Of a stretch of DNA of 64,000 nucleotides, positions 8,893 to 18,183 are shown one piece after another (the first letter of the stretch is position 1; every line of letters begins with the position of its first letter). The notes beneath the pieces were generated by a model. It saw only the letters and a program-made list of their open reading frames with translations. It was not told where the DNA came from and searched no databases. Source of the stretch: an uncultured Gammaproteobacteria bacterium (lineage in GTDB: Bacteria > Patescibacteriota > Patescibacteriia > UBA11705 > DATKZF01); NCBI GenBank assembly GCA_964411255.1, contig CAYPKD010000002.1, positions 162,141 to 226,140 on the forward strand. Direction: 5' to 3'. The position numbers and the translations under genes are program-made.

Positions 8893-9561
8893 GTGAAAAT
8901 ACAAGCATCATATTTAGATTCTAGGATCACTCATGGAATAAAAGTAAGATTAGACAAAGTTGACAATCAAGCGTTTGCTATTCCAGACGAGAATGGCCAG
9001 TATGTGGTCACTGCTGTGTATGAAGAAGATTTTGTCGTATTTGTTGATGAAATAGAAAGATTTAAAGATGTCTGGGGTGAAGACACTGAAGTCTCTATTA
9101 CCAATATAGATAATGATAGTACGGTTCCTGGTAATGATTGGGAAAAGAATCCTATTACTCAGCATGAAATTACAAATAATGGTCATGAAGAACGTGCTAG
9201 GATGCAAAATTTAGATGATGAACAAGATATTGATGAAAATTCAGAAAGAGTTAGTGGATTATTTTTAGCAGTGATGACTTTAGAATTTATACCAGAAAAA
9301 GCTAGAGTTAATATTCAGACATTTAACAATCAGCAGATTGCCTTGCCTGCAGATGATGGCGAGTATGTGGTTTATTCAAACCTAAAGAATGGTCGAGGAA
9401 TATTGGTTGCTCCATATAAAGATGAGAAAAGAATAAAAGAAAGGCAATTGGCTAATCGTTATCTTTTGGGAAGGCCTTGTGGAGCTGGCAGACAAAGTAA
9501 AGCTGATTTTATTTCATCTGAGCAATTAAATCGATTGAGAGATTTGAAAAAAGATAAATGA
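8893..9561 (+). CDS. Hypothetical protein, tandem paralogue 2 of 4
   Basis: AGGAGG RBS, GTG start; aligns along its length with 8113-8775 (HEIT..G.EER, VSGL, RY..GR..G, DF.S.EQL). Confidence 0.8.
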   Translation: MKIQASYLDSRITHGIKVRLDKVDNQAFAIPDENGQYVVTAVYEEDFVVFVDEIERFKDVWGEDTEVSITNIDNDSTVPGNDWEKNPITQHEITNNGHEERARMQNLDDEQDIDENSERVSGLFLAVMTLEFIPEKARVNIQTFNNQQIALPADDGEYVVYSNLKNGRGILVAPYKDEKRIKERQLANRYLLGRPCGAGRQSKADFISSEQLNRLRDLKKDK

Positions 9562-9578
9562 TGCAAAACAGAAATAAA

Positions 9579-9620
9579 ATTCAAACAAAAACAAAAACCT
9601 TCAGCACTTGGAGGTTTTTT
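9579..9620 (+). terminator. Conserved terminator of paralogue array, copy 2
   Basis: TTCAAACAAAAACAAAAACCTTCAGCACTTGGAGGTTTTTT. Confidence 0.8.
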
Positions 9621-9644
9621 AAAAAGCAAAAATCAAAAAGCTTG

Positions 9645-9664
9645 CCCTGAGCTATGTCGAAGGG
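9645..9664. repeat. REP-like element CCCTGAGCTATGTCGAAGGG
   Basis: Reverse-complement relative at 2415-2433. Confidence 0.6.
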
Positions 9665-9860
9665 TAAAAACTGTGGAGTCGCTTGGCGACCTTTTTTTAT
9701 TCAAACAGCTAAACCCCTAACCCAAACTCAAATTTGCTACAAGTTACATGATATAAGTCGTATGATAAACTGTTGACGAAATGTGGAATAAATTCGCTTA
9801 TTCAATTTATTATTTTATTGTATAATTAAAATTAGGAAATAAAAAAAGGAGAGGGCAGAG

Positions 9861-10502
9861 ATGAAAAAGACAAGAAAGCTTTTTTTGTGTTCATCGAAAA
9901 TTAAAATTCTACCAGGACAAATAGTAAAAGATGAGAATGGCTTTGCTATACCCATCGAAACTTCTAATTTTAAATCACTTAATGAAAACGATATGTATAG
10001 AGTGGTTGGTTATGACGGTGATTGTTCAGTAAAAGTTGTCTCAGTTGACGAAGAGGCCGATTGCTCGACACATAATCCGTGGTGTCATGAAGATACCAAT
10101 CCGCCAGTTCGCCAGCGTATAACTAAAGATCCGGATGAATTAAGGTTTATAAGAGATGAATTAAGAGAAAAACGTCAACCTCATGTTGAGACAAAAACAT
10201 ATTCCGCTCTTATTAAAGGCAATGTAAATGTAATCGAAGGCGATAGGGTCAACATAATTGACTTTGAAGGCATTAATGGAATTGTTATCGCTGTATTAGA
10301 TGCTCTGGGCGTTTATGAAGTGATAGAAGTTGTTCAACATATTAACAAGCCGCTAATTGCCAGGCTTGTAAAAATTCAAAAGTGGAATAAAGCGCAAAGA
10401 GGCGGTCAGTATCCTGATCAGCAAGATTTAAGGGTATCAGATACTTCTTGGGTTGATGATTTCTCAAATATCAAATTTGTCCTAGAAGAAAATGATGATT
10501 AA
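9861..10502 (+). CDS. Hypothetical protein, tandem paralogue 3 of 4
   Basis: RBS; shares LF/RFC, GxAxP, ITKDP and G.VNVI.GD.V.I motifs with 10712-11260. Confidence 0.8.
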   Translation: MKKTRKLFLCSSKIKILPGQIVKDENGFAIPIETSNFKSLNENDMYRVVGYDGDCSVKVVSVDEEADCSTHNPWCHEDTNPPVRQRITKDPDELRFIRDELREKRQPHVETKTYSALIKGNVNVIEGDRVNIIDFEGINGIVIAVLDALGVYEVIEVVQHINKPLIARLVKIQKWNKAQRGGQYPDQQDLRVSDTSWVDDFSNIKFVLEENDD

Positions 10503-10514
10503 AACAAAAACACA

Positions 10515-10559
10515 AATTCAAACAAAAACAAAAAATCTTCAGCAACTGGAGATTTTTTT
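10515..10559 (+). terminator. Conserved terminator of paralogue array, copy 3
   Basis: AATTCAAACAAAAACAAAAAATCTTCAGCAACTGGAGATTTTTT with compensatory change. Confidence 0.8.
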
Positions 10560-10711
10560 AATAGATTAAAGATCTCCGCCAAAGGCGGACGATTTTTTTT
10601 ATTATGTATTATATGGTACAAGCTATGAGCTCTCGTGTATCGTTTGGTTATCAAAATAATTTTTTTATTGTATAATATAAGAGTTGAAAACAAAAAAATA
10701 GGAGGGAGATC

Positions 10712-11260
10712 ATGCTAACAAAATTAAGATTTTGTAATGCAAAATTACAAATAGGCGTAGGAGATAAGGTAATAGACAGAGAGGGCTTAGCATTTCCTGT
10801 TTTGTCTGATTCGACTGAAGATAGCTTAGATGTATTAGAGGTTGTTGAAGTAAATCAAGAAAAACTGGAAGTTTTGACAAGGCCATTTACAAATTTAAAT
10901 GAAGATGCATGGGCTGAAATTTCTGGATCATATGAGATAAAAACAGATCCGGGAAATAATATTACAAAAGATCCAGCGATAGAGACAAAAGGTCATGAAG
11001 AATTTGAAGTATTGATGGCTGTAATTGATGGTGAAGTAAATGTAATCCAAGGTGATCCAGTAAGAATTGTCGGTTATCGAGCACAAGCCGGAATTGTTGA
11101 TGTGGTGCCACATCCTGAAGGAGAGTATGTTATTATTGAAATTATTGCTGAGATGTCTGTACCGCGAAAAGGCTTGTGGGTGCAAATTGAACCAGATTAT
11201 GATGATGACAATGATAATGATTTTGCAGAAAAAGTAAAAGTCAAAATTTATAATGCATGA
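10712..11260 (+). CDS. Hypothetical protein, tandem paralogue 4 of 4
   Basis: AGGAGG RBS; similar to 9861-10502; PHPEGEYVI motif. Confidence 0.8.
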   Translation: MLTKLRFCNAKLQIGVGDKVIDREGLAFPVLSDSTEDSLDVLEVVEVNQEKLEVLTRPFTNLNEDAWAEISGSYEIKTDPGNNITKDPAIETKGHEEFEVLMAVIDGEVNVIQGDPVRIVGYRAQAGIVDVVPHPEGEYVIIEIIAEMSVPRKGLWVQIEPDYDDDNDNDFAEKVKVKIYNA

Positions 11261-11261
11261 A

Positions 11262-11304
11262 AATTCAAACAAAAACAAAAACCTTCAGCACTGGAGGTTT
11301 TTTT
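11262..11304 (+). terminator. Conserved terminator of paralogue array, copy 4
   Basis: AATTCAAACAAAAACAAAAACCTTCAGCACTGGAGGTTTTTTT. Confidence 0.8.
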
Positions 11305-11417
11305 AAAATCAAAAAGCAAAAAGCAAAAAGTAAAAAAAATAAAAAATTTGGAGTTTTTATTTGATTTTTTTTATAAAAAGAGATAATATGTCAATAATTA
11401 AGAAATAAGGGAATTTT

Positions 11418-11573
11418 ATGGAAGAACAATTTGAAAGTCTGGAAATTAGAACGCCTTTAGACAGGGAAAATGACTTATTAAAGCATTTTGAAGGTGATCG
11501 AAAAACTGTTGCTGATACATTTAGATCAGCCAGTGATTTTTTATATAACAAATACAAAGAAAACAAACAATAA
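11418..11573 (+). CDS. Small hypothetical protein (51 aa, not in ORF track)
   Basis: AAGGG RBS, ATG 11418, MEEQFESLEIRTP..., stop 2 nt before the next ATG. Confidence 0.6.
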   Translation: MEEQFESLEIRTPLDRENDLLKHFEGDRKTVADTFRSASDFLYNKYKENKQ

Positions 11574-11575
11574 TT

Positions 11576-11854
11576 ATGGAATTGGCTCCAAAAGTTAAAA
11601 AATTAATTGATGAGTCAGATACTGATCAGCAAACAAAAGATTTAATGAATGAATTTTTCAAGTCAATCAGCGATGAGACTCATTATGTAAAAATAATTGA
11701 TCTGTTTGAAAGATTCCCAAGCCTTTTTGACAATTTTGTGGCTTGCTTTACTTTAAAGAAAGCATATTTTGAAAAAGGCGGAACTGAAAATGAATGGAAT
11801 GATATTTTAGCAAAGGAAGAAGATGCGCTGAATCAATTGAAAGTACAGGAATAA
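11576..11854 (+). CDS. Hypothetical helical protein
   Basis: 92-aa ORF coupled to upstream small ORF. Confidence 0.7.
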   Translation: MELAPKVKKLIDESDTDQQTKDLMNEFFKSISDETHYVKIIDLFERFPSLFDNFVACFTLKKAYFEKGGTENEWNDILAKEEDALNQLKVQE

Positions 11855-11935
11855 TTTAGAATGTAGGCAGGAAGAAGTTTAATATAAGGGCATTATGCTC
11901 TTTTTTTGATATATATTTTATGTTTTATTATGGAG

Positions 11936-12007
11936 TTATCCACAGGGGATATTGACTGTTCGTTTTTTGTTCGGTATAATGCCAATGAGAGTGTTCGGTA
12001 TTTGTTC
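11936..12007 (+). promoter_or_regulatory. lexA promoter with two GTTC-N7-GTTC direct-repeat operators and a DnaA box
   Basis: TTATCCACA 11936-11944; TTGACT(11952)-17-TATAAT(11975); GTTC-N7-GTTC at 11958-11972 and 11993-12007. Confidence 0.8.
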
Positions 12008-12012
12008 GTAAT

Positions 12013-12478
12013 AAGCGAGATAAGCAAGACGAGCAAGAAAGCGAGACAAGTAATCCTTTAATATGGAAAATAAAAAAGAAATAAAAAGTTTTAAAGATAT
12101 TATTGTTTGGCAAAAAGCTCATCAATTGGTTCTGGAAATATATAAGATAACCAAGAATTTCCCAAGCGAAGAGCGATTTTGTTTGGTCAGTCAGATGAGA
12201 AGAGCGGTCATATCAGTAACTGCTAATATTGTTGAAGGTTTTGCCAGGAAAAAGATTTTAGAAAGTTTAAATTTTTATAATATTTCAAATGCTTCTTTAG
12301 AGGAATTAAAATATTTTATATTAATTTGTTATGATATTAATCTAATAACTAAAAATACTTATAGCAAACTATTTGAAATGAGCAAAGAGACAGGAAGGAC
12401 TTTACATGGTTGGATACAAAGTCAAAAAGTTAATGCCAACTTGTCTTGCTCGTTTCACTAGTCTTGCTTGTCTCGCTT
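12013..12478. mobile_element. Putative cassette: four-helix-bundle gene enclosed by inverted 9-mer degenerate repeats
   Basis: (AAGCRAGAC)n at 12013-12051 and its reverse complement at 12439-12478. Confidence 0.5.
12063..12461 (+). CDS. Four helix bundle protein (23S rRNA IVP / bAvd-like family)
   Basis: VWQKAH, FPSEERF.L.SQMRRA..S..ANI.EG motifs. Confidence 0.92.
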   Translation: MENKKEIKSFKDIIVWQKAHQLVLEIYKITKNFPSEERFCLVSQMRRAVISVTANIVEGFARKKILESLNFYNISNASLEELKYFILICYDINLITKNTYSKLFEMSKETGRTLHGWIQSQKVNANLSCSFH

Positions 12479-12485
12479 TAACCAT

Positions 12486-13091
12486 ATGGGAGAGCTTACA
12501 AAAAAACAATCAGAAATTTTACGCTTTATAAGTGATTATGTAAAAGAATATGATTATGCGCCAAGCTATCGGGAGATAGGGGATAATTTTAAGATTTCAT
12601 CTCCAGCTACCATTCATCAGCATATTCAAACATTAAAATCCAAAGGATTTTTAGATGTTGATGCGCAAAAAGCCAGATCTATTGAATTGACCAATAAAGT
12701 AATCAAGATGGGCAGAAGCATTGAATTGCCTTTAGTTGGTATGATTACTGCTGGACAGCCGATTGAAGCAATTGAACAAAATGAAACAATGGCCGTGCCT
12801 GCTGATTTAGTCAGAGATGAGAATTCATACATCTTAAAAGTAAAAGGAGAATCAATGATTGAAGAAGGTATTTTTAACGGTGATTTTGTGATTATTGAAA
12901 GAAACAATTATCCTCAGAATGGAGACGTAGTTGTCGCTTTATTAAATAATGCGTATGTCACTTTGAAAAAGTTTTATCGGGAAGCGACCCGCATTCGGCT
13001 GCAGCCTGCCAATTCATCTATGAAACCTATTTATTGCAAAGACGTGGCTATCAGAGGAATTGTAAAAGCTATTATTCGTAAATTTGTTTAA
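12486..13091 (+). CDS. lexA: LexA repressor
   Basis: wHTH (PSYREI), AG cleavage site (ITAGQP), Ser (GESM) and Lys (TLKK) dyad. Confidence 0.96.
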   Translation: MGELTKKQSEILRFISDYVKEYDYAPSYREIGDNFKISSPATIHQHIQTLKSKGFLDVDAQKARSIELTNKVIKMGRSIELPLVGMITAGQPIEAIEQNETMAVPADLVRDENSYILKVKGESMIEEGIFNGDFVIIERNNYPQNGDVVVALLNNAYVTLKKFYREATRIRLQPANSSMKPIYCKDVAIRGIVKAIIRKFV

Positions 13092-13338
13092 TACATAACA
13101 AGCATGGGCAGAAGAATGGGGAGGAGTAAATTAATTCATTTTAATTTCTCCCTCTCCTTGTTCTTCTGTTAACCCCAGCTTTTCTCAACCTTATGTCAAA
13201 AAGAAAAATAAAATCAATTTATCGGAAGGCTGTTGGATTTTGGAGAGATTTGACTATCAATGTTTAATTAGAGTAAGGCATGTAAAACAAGTGTGATATA
13301 TATATGGCGACTTGTCTTGCTTGTCGCATTATTTATTT

Positions 13339-13587
13339 ATGCATGAAGTAATAAATCAACCAATTGAAGTAATTGCTGCTTTTACGAGAAGTAAAATGAT
13401 TCCGTTATTTTTTAAATGGAAAAATCGTCGCTATAAAGTTAGGAAAATTAATCTTGTCCATTCAGTTCGAGAGGGCAGGAATAAAATATACTTTTTTTCA
13501 GTATCAGATGCAGTTAATTTTTTTAAGATTTGCTTTGATACTGAGAAAGGGACTTGGAAATTATTAGAACTATATTATGAAGGTTAA
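13339..13587 (+). CDS. Small hypothetical protein between lexA and dinB (DUF6504-like)
   Basis: P..F.W..R.Y.V and terminal W.L pattern; position in SOS cluster. Confidence 0.7.
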   Translation: MHEVINQPIEVIAAFTRSKMIPLFFKWKNRRYKVRKINLVHSVREGRNKIYFFSVSDAVNFFKICFDTEKGTWKLLELYYEG

Positions 13588-13776
13588 AACAAAAATTTTT
13601 AAATCAAACGTTCACTTTTGGGCTGAGTTGCATGGTAAAGACTATATTTTTGATTTCGATACTGAAACATACATCCCCGCTTAGTTATATATAACCGGTT
13701 ATATATAAAATGTGAGACACGAAAGGCGAAAGGATTAATTTATATTTTTCCTTTCGCTTTTCTATTTTCTAATATT

Positions 13777-14985
13777 ATGAAAATAATTCTTCATATAGAC
13801 ATGAATTCGTATTTTGCTTCAGTTGAGCAGCAGGCCAATCCTTTTTTGCGTGGTAAGCCAATTGTGGTCAGCGGAAAAGAAGATTCCCGGACCGTTATTG
13901 TGGCTGCTTCGATCGAAGCTAAAAAATTTGGAATAAAAACAGCAATGAATGTTTTTGAAGCAAAAAAACTTTGCCCAAATTTATATTTTGTTCAGCCAGA
14001 TCCGCAAAAATACGCTCAGGTAACCAATTCTTTTTTTGAAATATTTAAAAGGTATAGCAGTGAGGTTGAGCTTTTTAGTATTGACGAGGCTTTTTTAGAT
14101 TTAACAAAATATGTAAAAAATTTTAATCAGGCACATATTGTTGCAAAAAAAATTAAGGAACAAATTAAAAATGAAATAGGAGAGAGGATTACTTGTTCTG
14201 TGGGCATTTCATTTAATCGTATTTTAGCAAAATTAGCTGCTAATATGAAAAAACCTGATGGTCTGGTGGTGATTGAAGAGAAAGATAAGTTAAAAGTGTT
14301 AGATTCAATAAAACCAAATGATTTATGCGGATTGGGCCCTCGTCTGGCAAAGAGGCTTAATAATTTAGGATTGGATACTTTAAGGAAAATCAGACAAGCA
14401 AATAAGCAAATAATGCTGGATGAATTTGGCCCGTATTGGGCTCCGAGATTGCAAAAAATGGCAGCTGGAGAATTAGATGAAACAATCACTCCGTATTATA
14501 AAGAAGAGCAGCTAAAGTCAGCAGGTGCTTCTTATACCTTGCCTCAAAATACTTATGATAAAAATTATCTTTATCAAATATTAATTCAGCTGGTTGAAAA
14601 AGTATGCCGTCGGCTGAGGAAAAATAATTTGAGCGCAAAAACAACCGCATATTTTTTGAGATTTGAGGATTTTACTCATTGGGGAGAAAGAAAAACCTGG
14701 ACTAATTATTTATATGATGAGGTAAATTTTTTTGAATGGGCAAAATCGCAAATTGAAAGATTAATTTTTCCCAAGGCTGTCAGATTAATTGGCTTTAGAG
14801 CAGGAAATGTGATTGAAAGTAATAATCAAATGCCTTTATTTATAAAAGAAAGGAAAAAATTTTTATTAATAAAATCCTTGGATAAAATCAATGATATTTA
14901 TGGTGAACGTACCATTTTTAGCGCAGCCATGCTGGATGTGCCCAAATTAAAAAGGCGCGCAGGAGGATTTAAATTTGAAATCTAA
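13777..14985 (+). CDS. dinB: DNA polymerase IV (Y family)
   Basis: HIDMNSYFASVE, SIDEAFLD, AKLA...KPDG motifs. Confidence 0.95.
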   Translation: MKIILHIDMNSYFASVEQQANPFLRGKPIVVSGKEDSRTVIVAASIEAKKFGIKTAMNVFEAKKLCPNLYFVQPDPQKYAQVTNSFFEIFKRYSSEVELFSIDEAFLDLTKYVKNFNQAHIVAKKIKEQIKNEIGERITCSVGISFNRILAKLAANMKKPDGLVVIEEKDKLKVLDSIKPNDLCGLGPRLAKRLNNLGLDTLRKIRQANKQIMLDEFGPYWAPRLQKMAAGELDETITPYYKEEQLKSAGASYTLPQNTYDKNYLYQILIQLVEKVCRRLRKNNLSAKTTAYFLRFEDFTHWGERKTWTNYLYDEVNFFEWAKSQIERLIFPKAVRLIGFRAGNVIESNNQMPLFIKERKKFLLIKSLDKINDIYGERTIFSAAMLDVPKLKRRAGGFKFEI

Positions 14986-14991
14986 AAAAGT

Positions 14992-15537
14992 AAAAGCCCG
15001 CATTGTGAAGCTACGGGCTTTGTCTTATGGGAGTAGGGTAAAGACCCTGAATTAGTGTCTCCGATAAGTGTTTGGACCAGGGTCGATTTGATTAGGTGTG
15101 ATAATGAGATGGGAAGGGATGTAGTTGAAATGACAGATGGATTGGTTGTGAAATTTGCTTTTCGAAGTTGAAGTATTAAAGTGAGCTGGACAGAAATTCC
15201 AAAAGCAAATGTAAGCGGGTGATTTATTGATTCGACCTGAGGTCTTTGACTTTATTTGAAAGAACAGATGTGCTGCTTGAAAGATTTATAAGGCCGGGTT
15301 TTGGTGGCTGTTTCTAGAGAGAAACGTTAAATTGCCACTTGGTCATTTGTTCTGTTTTTATTGAAGATCACAGAGCAAAGTATCCATTCGGTTTCTTGGT
15401 AGGCATTACTATTTAGCGTGCCCCCCTTAACCGTGTCAGGCCTTCATGTCTTTGTTTTAATTAGTTAGGCATTTTCAGCCAGCTAATTTGATTTAAGCTG
15501 CACACTACTTTATATCATATTTTTTTAAAAAAGTCAA
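14992..15537 (-). other. ORF-less region with its own minus-strand promoter; candidate ncRNA or decayed gene
   Basis: TTGACT(15537-15532)-17-TATAAA with TG; hairpin AAAGCCCG...CGGGCTTT at 14993-15021; no ORF of 60 aa or more. Confidence 0.35.
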
Positions 15538-15610
15538 TACCTTTTAATGATTTTTCGCTATTTTTAGCTATTTTTTTCAAAACAAAAAGGATCCAAATTT
15601 GATAAGGATC

Positions 15611-15868
15611 CTATACAGCTATTTTGAGCTGTTCTCCTTCAGGAGTTAATTCATGAAAAGTGGTTTCCAGAATATCCTTAATTGTTCTGCGAATAGCAGT
15701 TGGATACTTTGGATCTTCAAGCATTTCCCGAATGACAGGAATTGCTAGTCCGCCCAGCTTTTTGATTTTAACCAGGCGTCTACTAATTTCACGATTTGGT
15801 CCAATTCCTGCCTGCCGCCAGGCAAGAATGGTTTCTAAAAGATCTTTTGCTTTTTGTGAATTAGTCAC
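15611..15868 (-). CDS. Small hypothetical protein downstream of GGDEF gene
   Basis: AGGAGG RBS before GTG. Confidence 0.65.
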   Translation of the reverse strand: MTNSQKAKDLLETILAWRQAGIGPNREISRRLVKIKKLGGLAIPVIREMLEDPKYPTAIRRTIKDILETTFHELTPEGEQLKIAV

Positions 15869-15897
15869 TGTTTGCCTCCTTGTTTTGTTTGTTTATA

Positions 15898-16641
15898 TTA
15901 TTGGTTATTTGAAATTTCGCTGCACAGTACAACGCGGTTTTTTCCAGCATCTTTTGCGATATATACGCAGACATCAGATTTATCAATAATGTCATCAATT
16001 GAGCTTTCAGTATTAATTCCAATGTTCCAATTGCCTGAAATAGAGCCTCCAATAGAAGCTGTTATCGGGCCTTGGATGTGATGTCCCATTTGATGAACTC
16101 GTTCAACAACCTGCGCCTGAATGGTTTTTCTGAGACGATTACAAATACTTTTTAAATCAGCAGGATTTATTTTTTCAAAAAGAATAAGAAATTCTTCACC
16201 GCCCCAACGGCAGATAAGATCAAGTAGATGAGTGGCCTTTTTTAGCGTTTGTGCAAATGCCACAATAACTGCATCACCTACTAAATGTCCATATGTATCA
16301 TTAATTATTTTGAAATCATCAATATCAATCATTAATATGGCATTGACTGTTGGGATATTTATCCCTCTTTCAATTGCTGCTTCACGGTCTTTCTCTTTAT
16401 CAACTAATTCAGCCAGTTTTTTCCTGGTATATCGTCTGTTATATAAGCCGGTTAATGGGTCATGGGCTGATAGGAGAAGTAAATGTTTGAGAATATGATT
16501 TTCCATTTCATCTGATGGAACATCTTTTAAAGATATTTCTTCCTGAGTAACAATTCTTTCTTCACCTGTTTCTGCTGTTTCTTTTAGAATTAGGATTATA
16601 CTATCTTTTGTTATTATTCGTTCCAGCTTTTCTTTTATCAA
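15898..16641 (-). CDS. Diguanylate cyclase (GGDEF domain)
   Basis: DPLTGLYNRR, DIDDFKIINDTYGH.VGD, RWGGEEF, AK.AGKN. Confidence 0.93.
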   Translation of the reverse strand: MIKEKLERIITKDSIILILKETAETGEERIVTQEEISLKDVPSDEMENHILKHLLLLSAHDPLTGLYNRRYTRKKLAELVDKEKDREAAIERGINIPTVNAILMIDIDDFKIINDTYGHLVGDAVIVAFAQTLKKATHLLDLICRWGGEEFLILFEKINPADLKSICNRLRKTIQAQVVERVHQMGHHIQGPITASIGGSISGNWNIGINTESSIDDIIDKSDVCVYIAKDAGKNRVVLCSEISNNQ

Positions 16642-16776
16642 TTTTATCTCCTGTTTTAAGGTTCAATATTTACCTCCTTACATTATAACCATAGCTTTAA
16701 ATGAGCTTTTTGTCAAGCTGAACTTTTATAAAAAATATGGTAAAATATAATTAATAATTAATAAATTACACAATCT

Positions 16777-17259
16777 ATGAAAAATTTTTGGAAAGCTCTT
16801 TTAGCAGTTGTTATCATGATCGTAATTGCCATGATTATTAACACTGTAATAGCTCAATTTACAATGAGTTATTATCAGGATCCAGCATATTTTAGTGTTT
16901 GGTCAAAACTAATGATGCCAGCTGAAGGTCCACCGCCAGCCAGTTTTTTCTGGTATTCAGCGCTTTTTCAATTAATTGCAGCTGCGTTCTTTGTTTTAGT
17001 GTATTATTTTGTGGGTAGTGCAGTTCCTGGAAGAAAAGCTGGTAGAGGAGTAATGTATGGAATTTTTGTTTTCTTAATTGGCAGTTTACCAGGATTTCTA
17101 TCATTGTTTTTATTAATCAATCTACCATTTGGCATTGTTTTATGGTGGCTGTTATCAGGCTTGATTATAAGCGTATTAGCAGGTTTATTTACAGCATTAC
17201 TGGTTAAGCCAAAGCATGAAGTAAAGATTATAAAAACAACTGAAGTAGAGGTTAAATAA
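16777..17259 (+). CDS. Four-TM membrane protein
   Basis: Four hydrophobic segments. Confidence 0.8.
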   Translation: MKNFWKALLAVVIMIVIAMIINTVIAQFTMSYYQDPAYFSVWSKLMMPAEGPPPASFFWYSALFQLIAAAFFVLVYYFVGSAVPGRKAGRGVMYGIFVFLIGSLPGFLSLFLLINLPFGIVLWWLLSGLIISVLAGLFTALLVKPKHEVKIIKTTEVEVK

Positions 17260-17357
17260 TTTATTATACAATATTTACGAAGTAAAATCAATGTAATAAT
17301 TGACACATCTTTGCGTTTAATATATAATAAAATACTAATTAATAAGGCGCTAAATTT

Positions 17358-18035
17358 ATGCAAGAAAACAATCAAAACATGCCAGAAGATAAACAAGAAG
17401 AGTTAAAAGAAGAAAATATGGAAAAAAGCGATTCAAGCTCAAAAGCATTGGTTATTTCTTTAGTTGTAATAATCATAATTATGCTAGCTGGTGGCGGATA
17501 TTTATACTATCATTTAAGCTCAAAGATTACTGATTTAGAAACAGATTTAGATAATAAAGAGCAGAAAGTTGAAAAACAGGTTGATGATCAAAAAGACGAA
17601 GATAAGATTGAAGTAAAAGATGAAGAAGTAAAAGAACCAGAAAAAGACGAGGAAGATGAGCCAAAGGAAGAGACTGTCGAAACTAAGGAGATTAAATATT
17701 ACAATGCAGATTATGGATTTGGATTTACTTTGCCTGCAACATGGAAAGGTTATAGAGTAAAAGAGGAAGATACAAGCTGGGGAGACTTTAAAGCTAAATC
17801 ATTATATTTTGGTTTTGAAGAGCAGGAAAGTTTATTTGCAGTTTCAATATTTACCAAAGAACAATGGGATAAACTTCAAGATTCACCTGATGCTCGGCAA
17901 GTAAGTAAGCTAGGTGAAAATTCAAAGTATGTTTTTTCCTGGTCTCATTCTCAGTATTTAGAAAATGATGAAATGGAAAAAAGAGCAAGCGAAATTCAGG
18001 ACATAATTAAAACTTTTTATACAGATGCTAAATAA
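17358..18035 (+). CDS. Membrane-anchored exported protein
   Basis: TM helix, acidic linker, Y.N..YGF.F.LP..W domain. Confidence 0.8.
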   Translation: MQENNQNMPEDKQEELKEENMEKSDSSSKALVISLVVIIIIMLAGGGYLYYHLSSKITDLETDLDNKEQKVEKQVDDQKDEDKIEVKDEEVKEPEKDEEDEPKEETVETKEIKYYNADYGFGFTLPATWKGYRVKEEDTSWGDFKAKSLYFGFEEQESLFAVSIFTKEQWDKLQDSPDARQVSKLGENSKYVFSWSHSQYLENDEMEKRASEIQDIIKTFYTDAK

Positions 18036-18183
18036 GATTTTATAAAGAAATCCTCGCATAAAGCGGGGATTTTTTGTTACGCAAAAAAGCAAAAGATAAA
18101 TAAAAATATTTTCAAACGCAAAAATCAAACTGCTTCATGTTATATGTTACAAGCTATATGATTTATGATATAATAAGATAGAT

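Noticed and set aside
12063-12461. Diversity-generating retroelement suggested by Avd-like proteins
   Set aside because: No reverse transcriptase and no TR/VR pair with adenine-specific mismatches seen.
13605-13675. Possible remnant duplicate of the 13339-13587 gene (FDTE similarity)
   Set aside because: Similarity too short to distinguish from chance.
13685-13708. Perfect 24-bp palindrome TTATATATAACCGGTTATATATAA upstream of dinB
   Set aside because: Single AT-rich occurrence unlike the lexA operator; no support for function.
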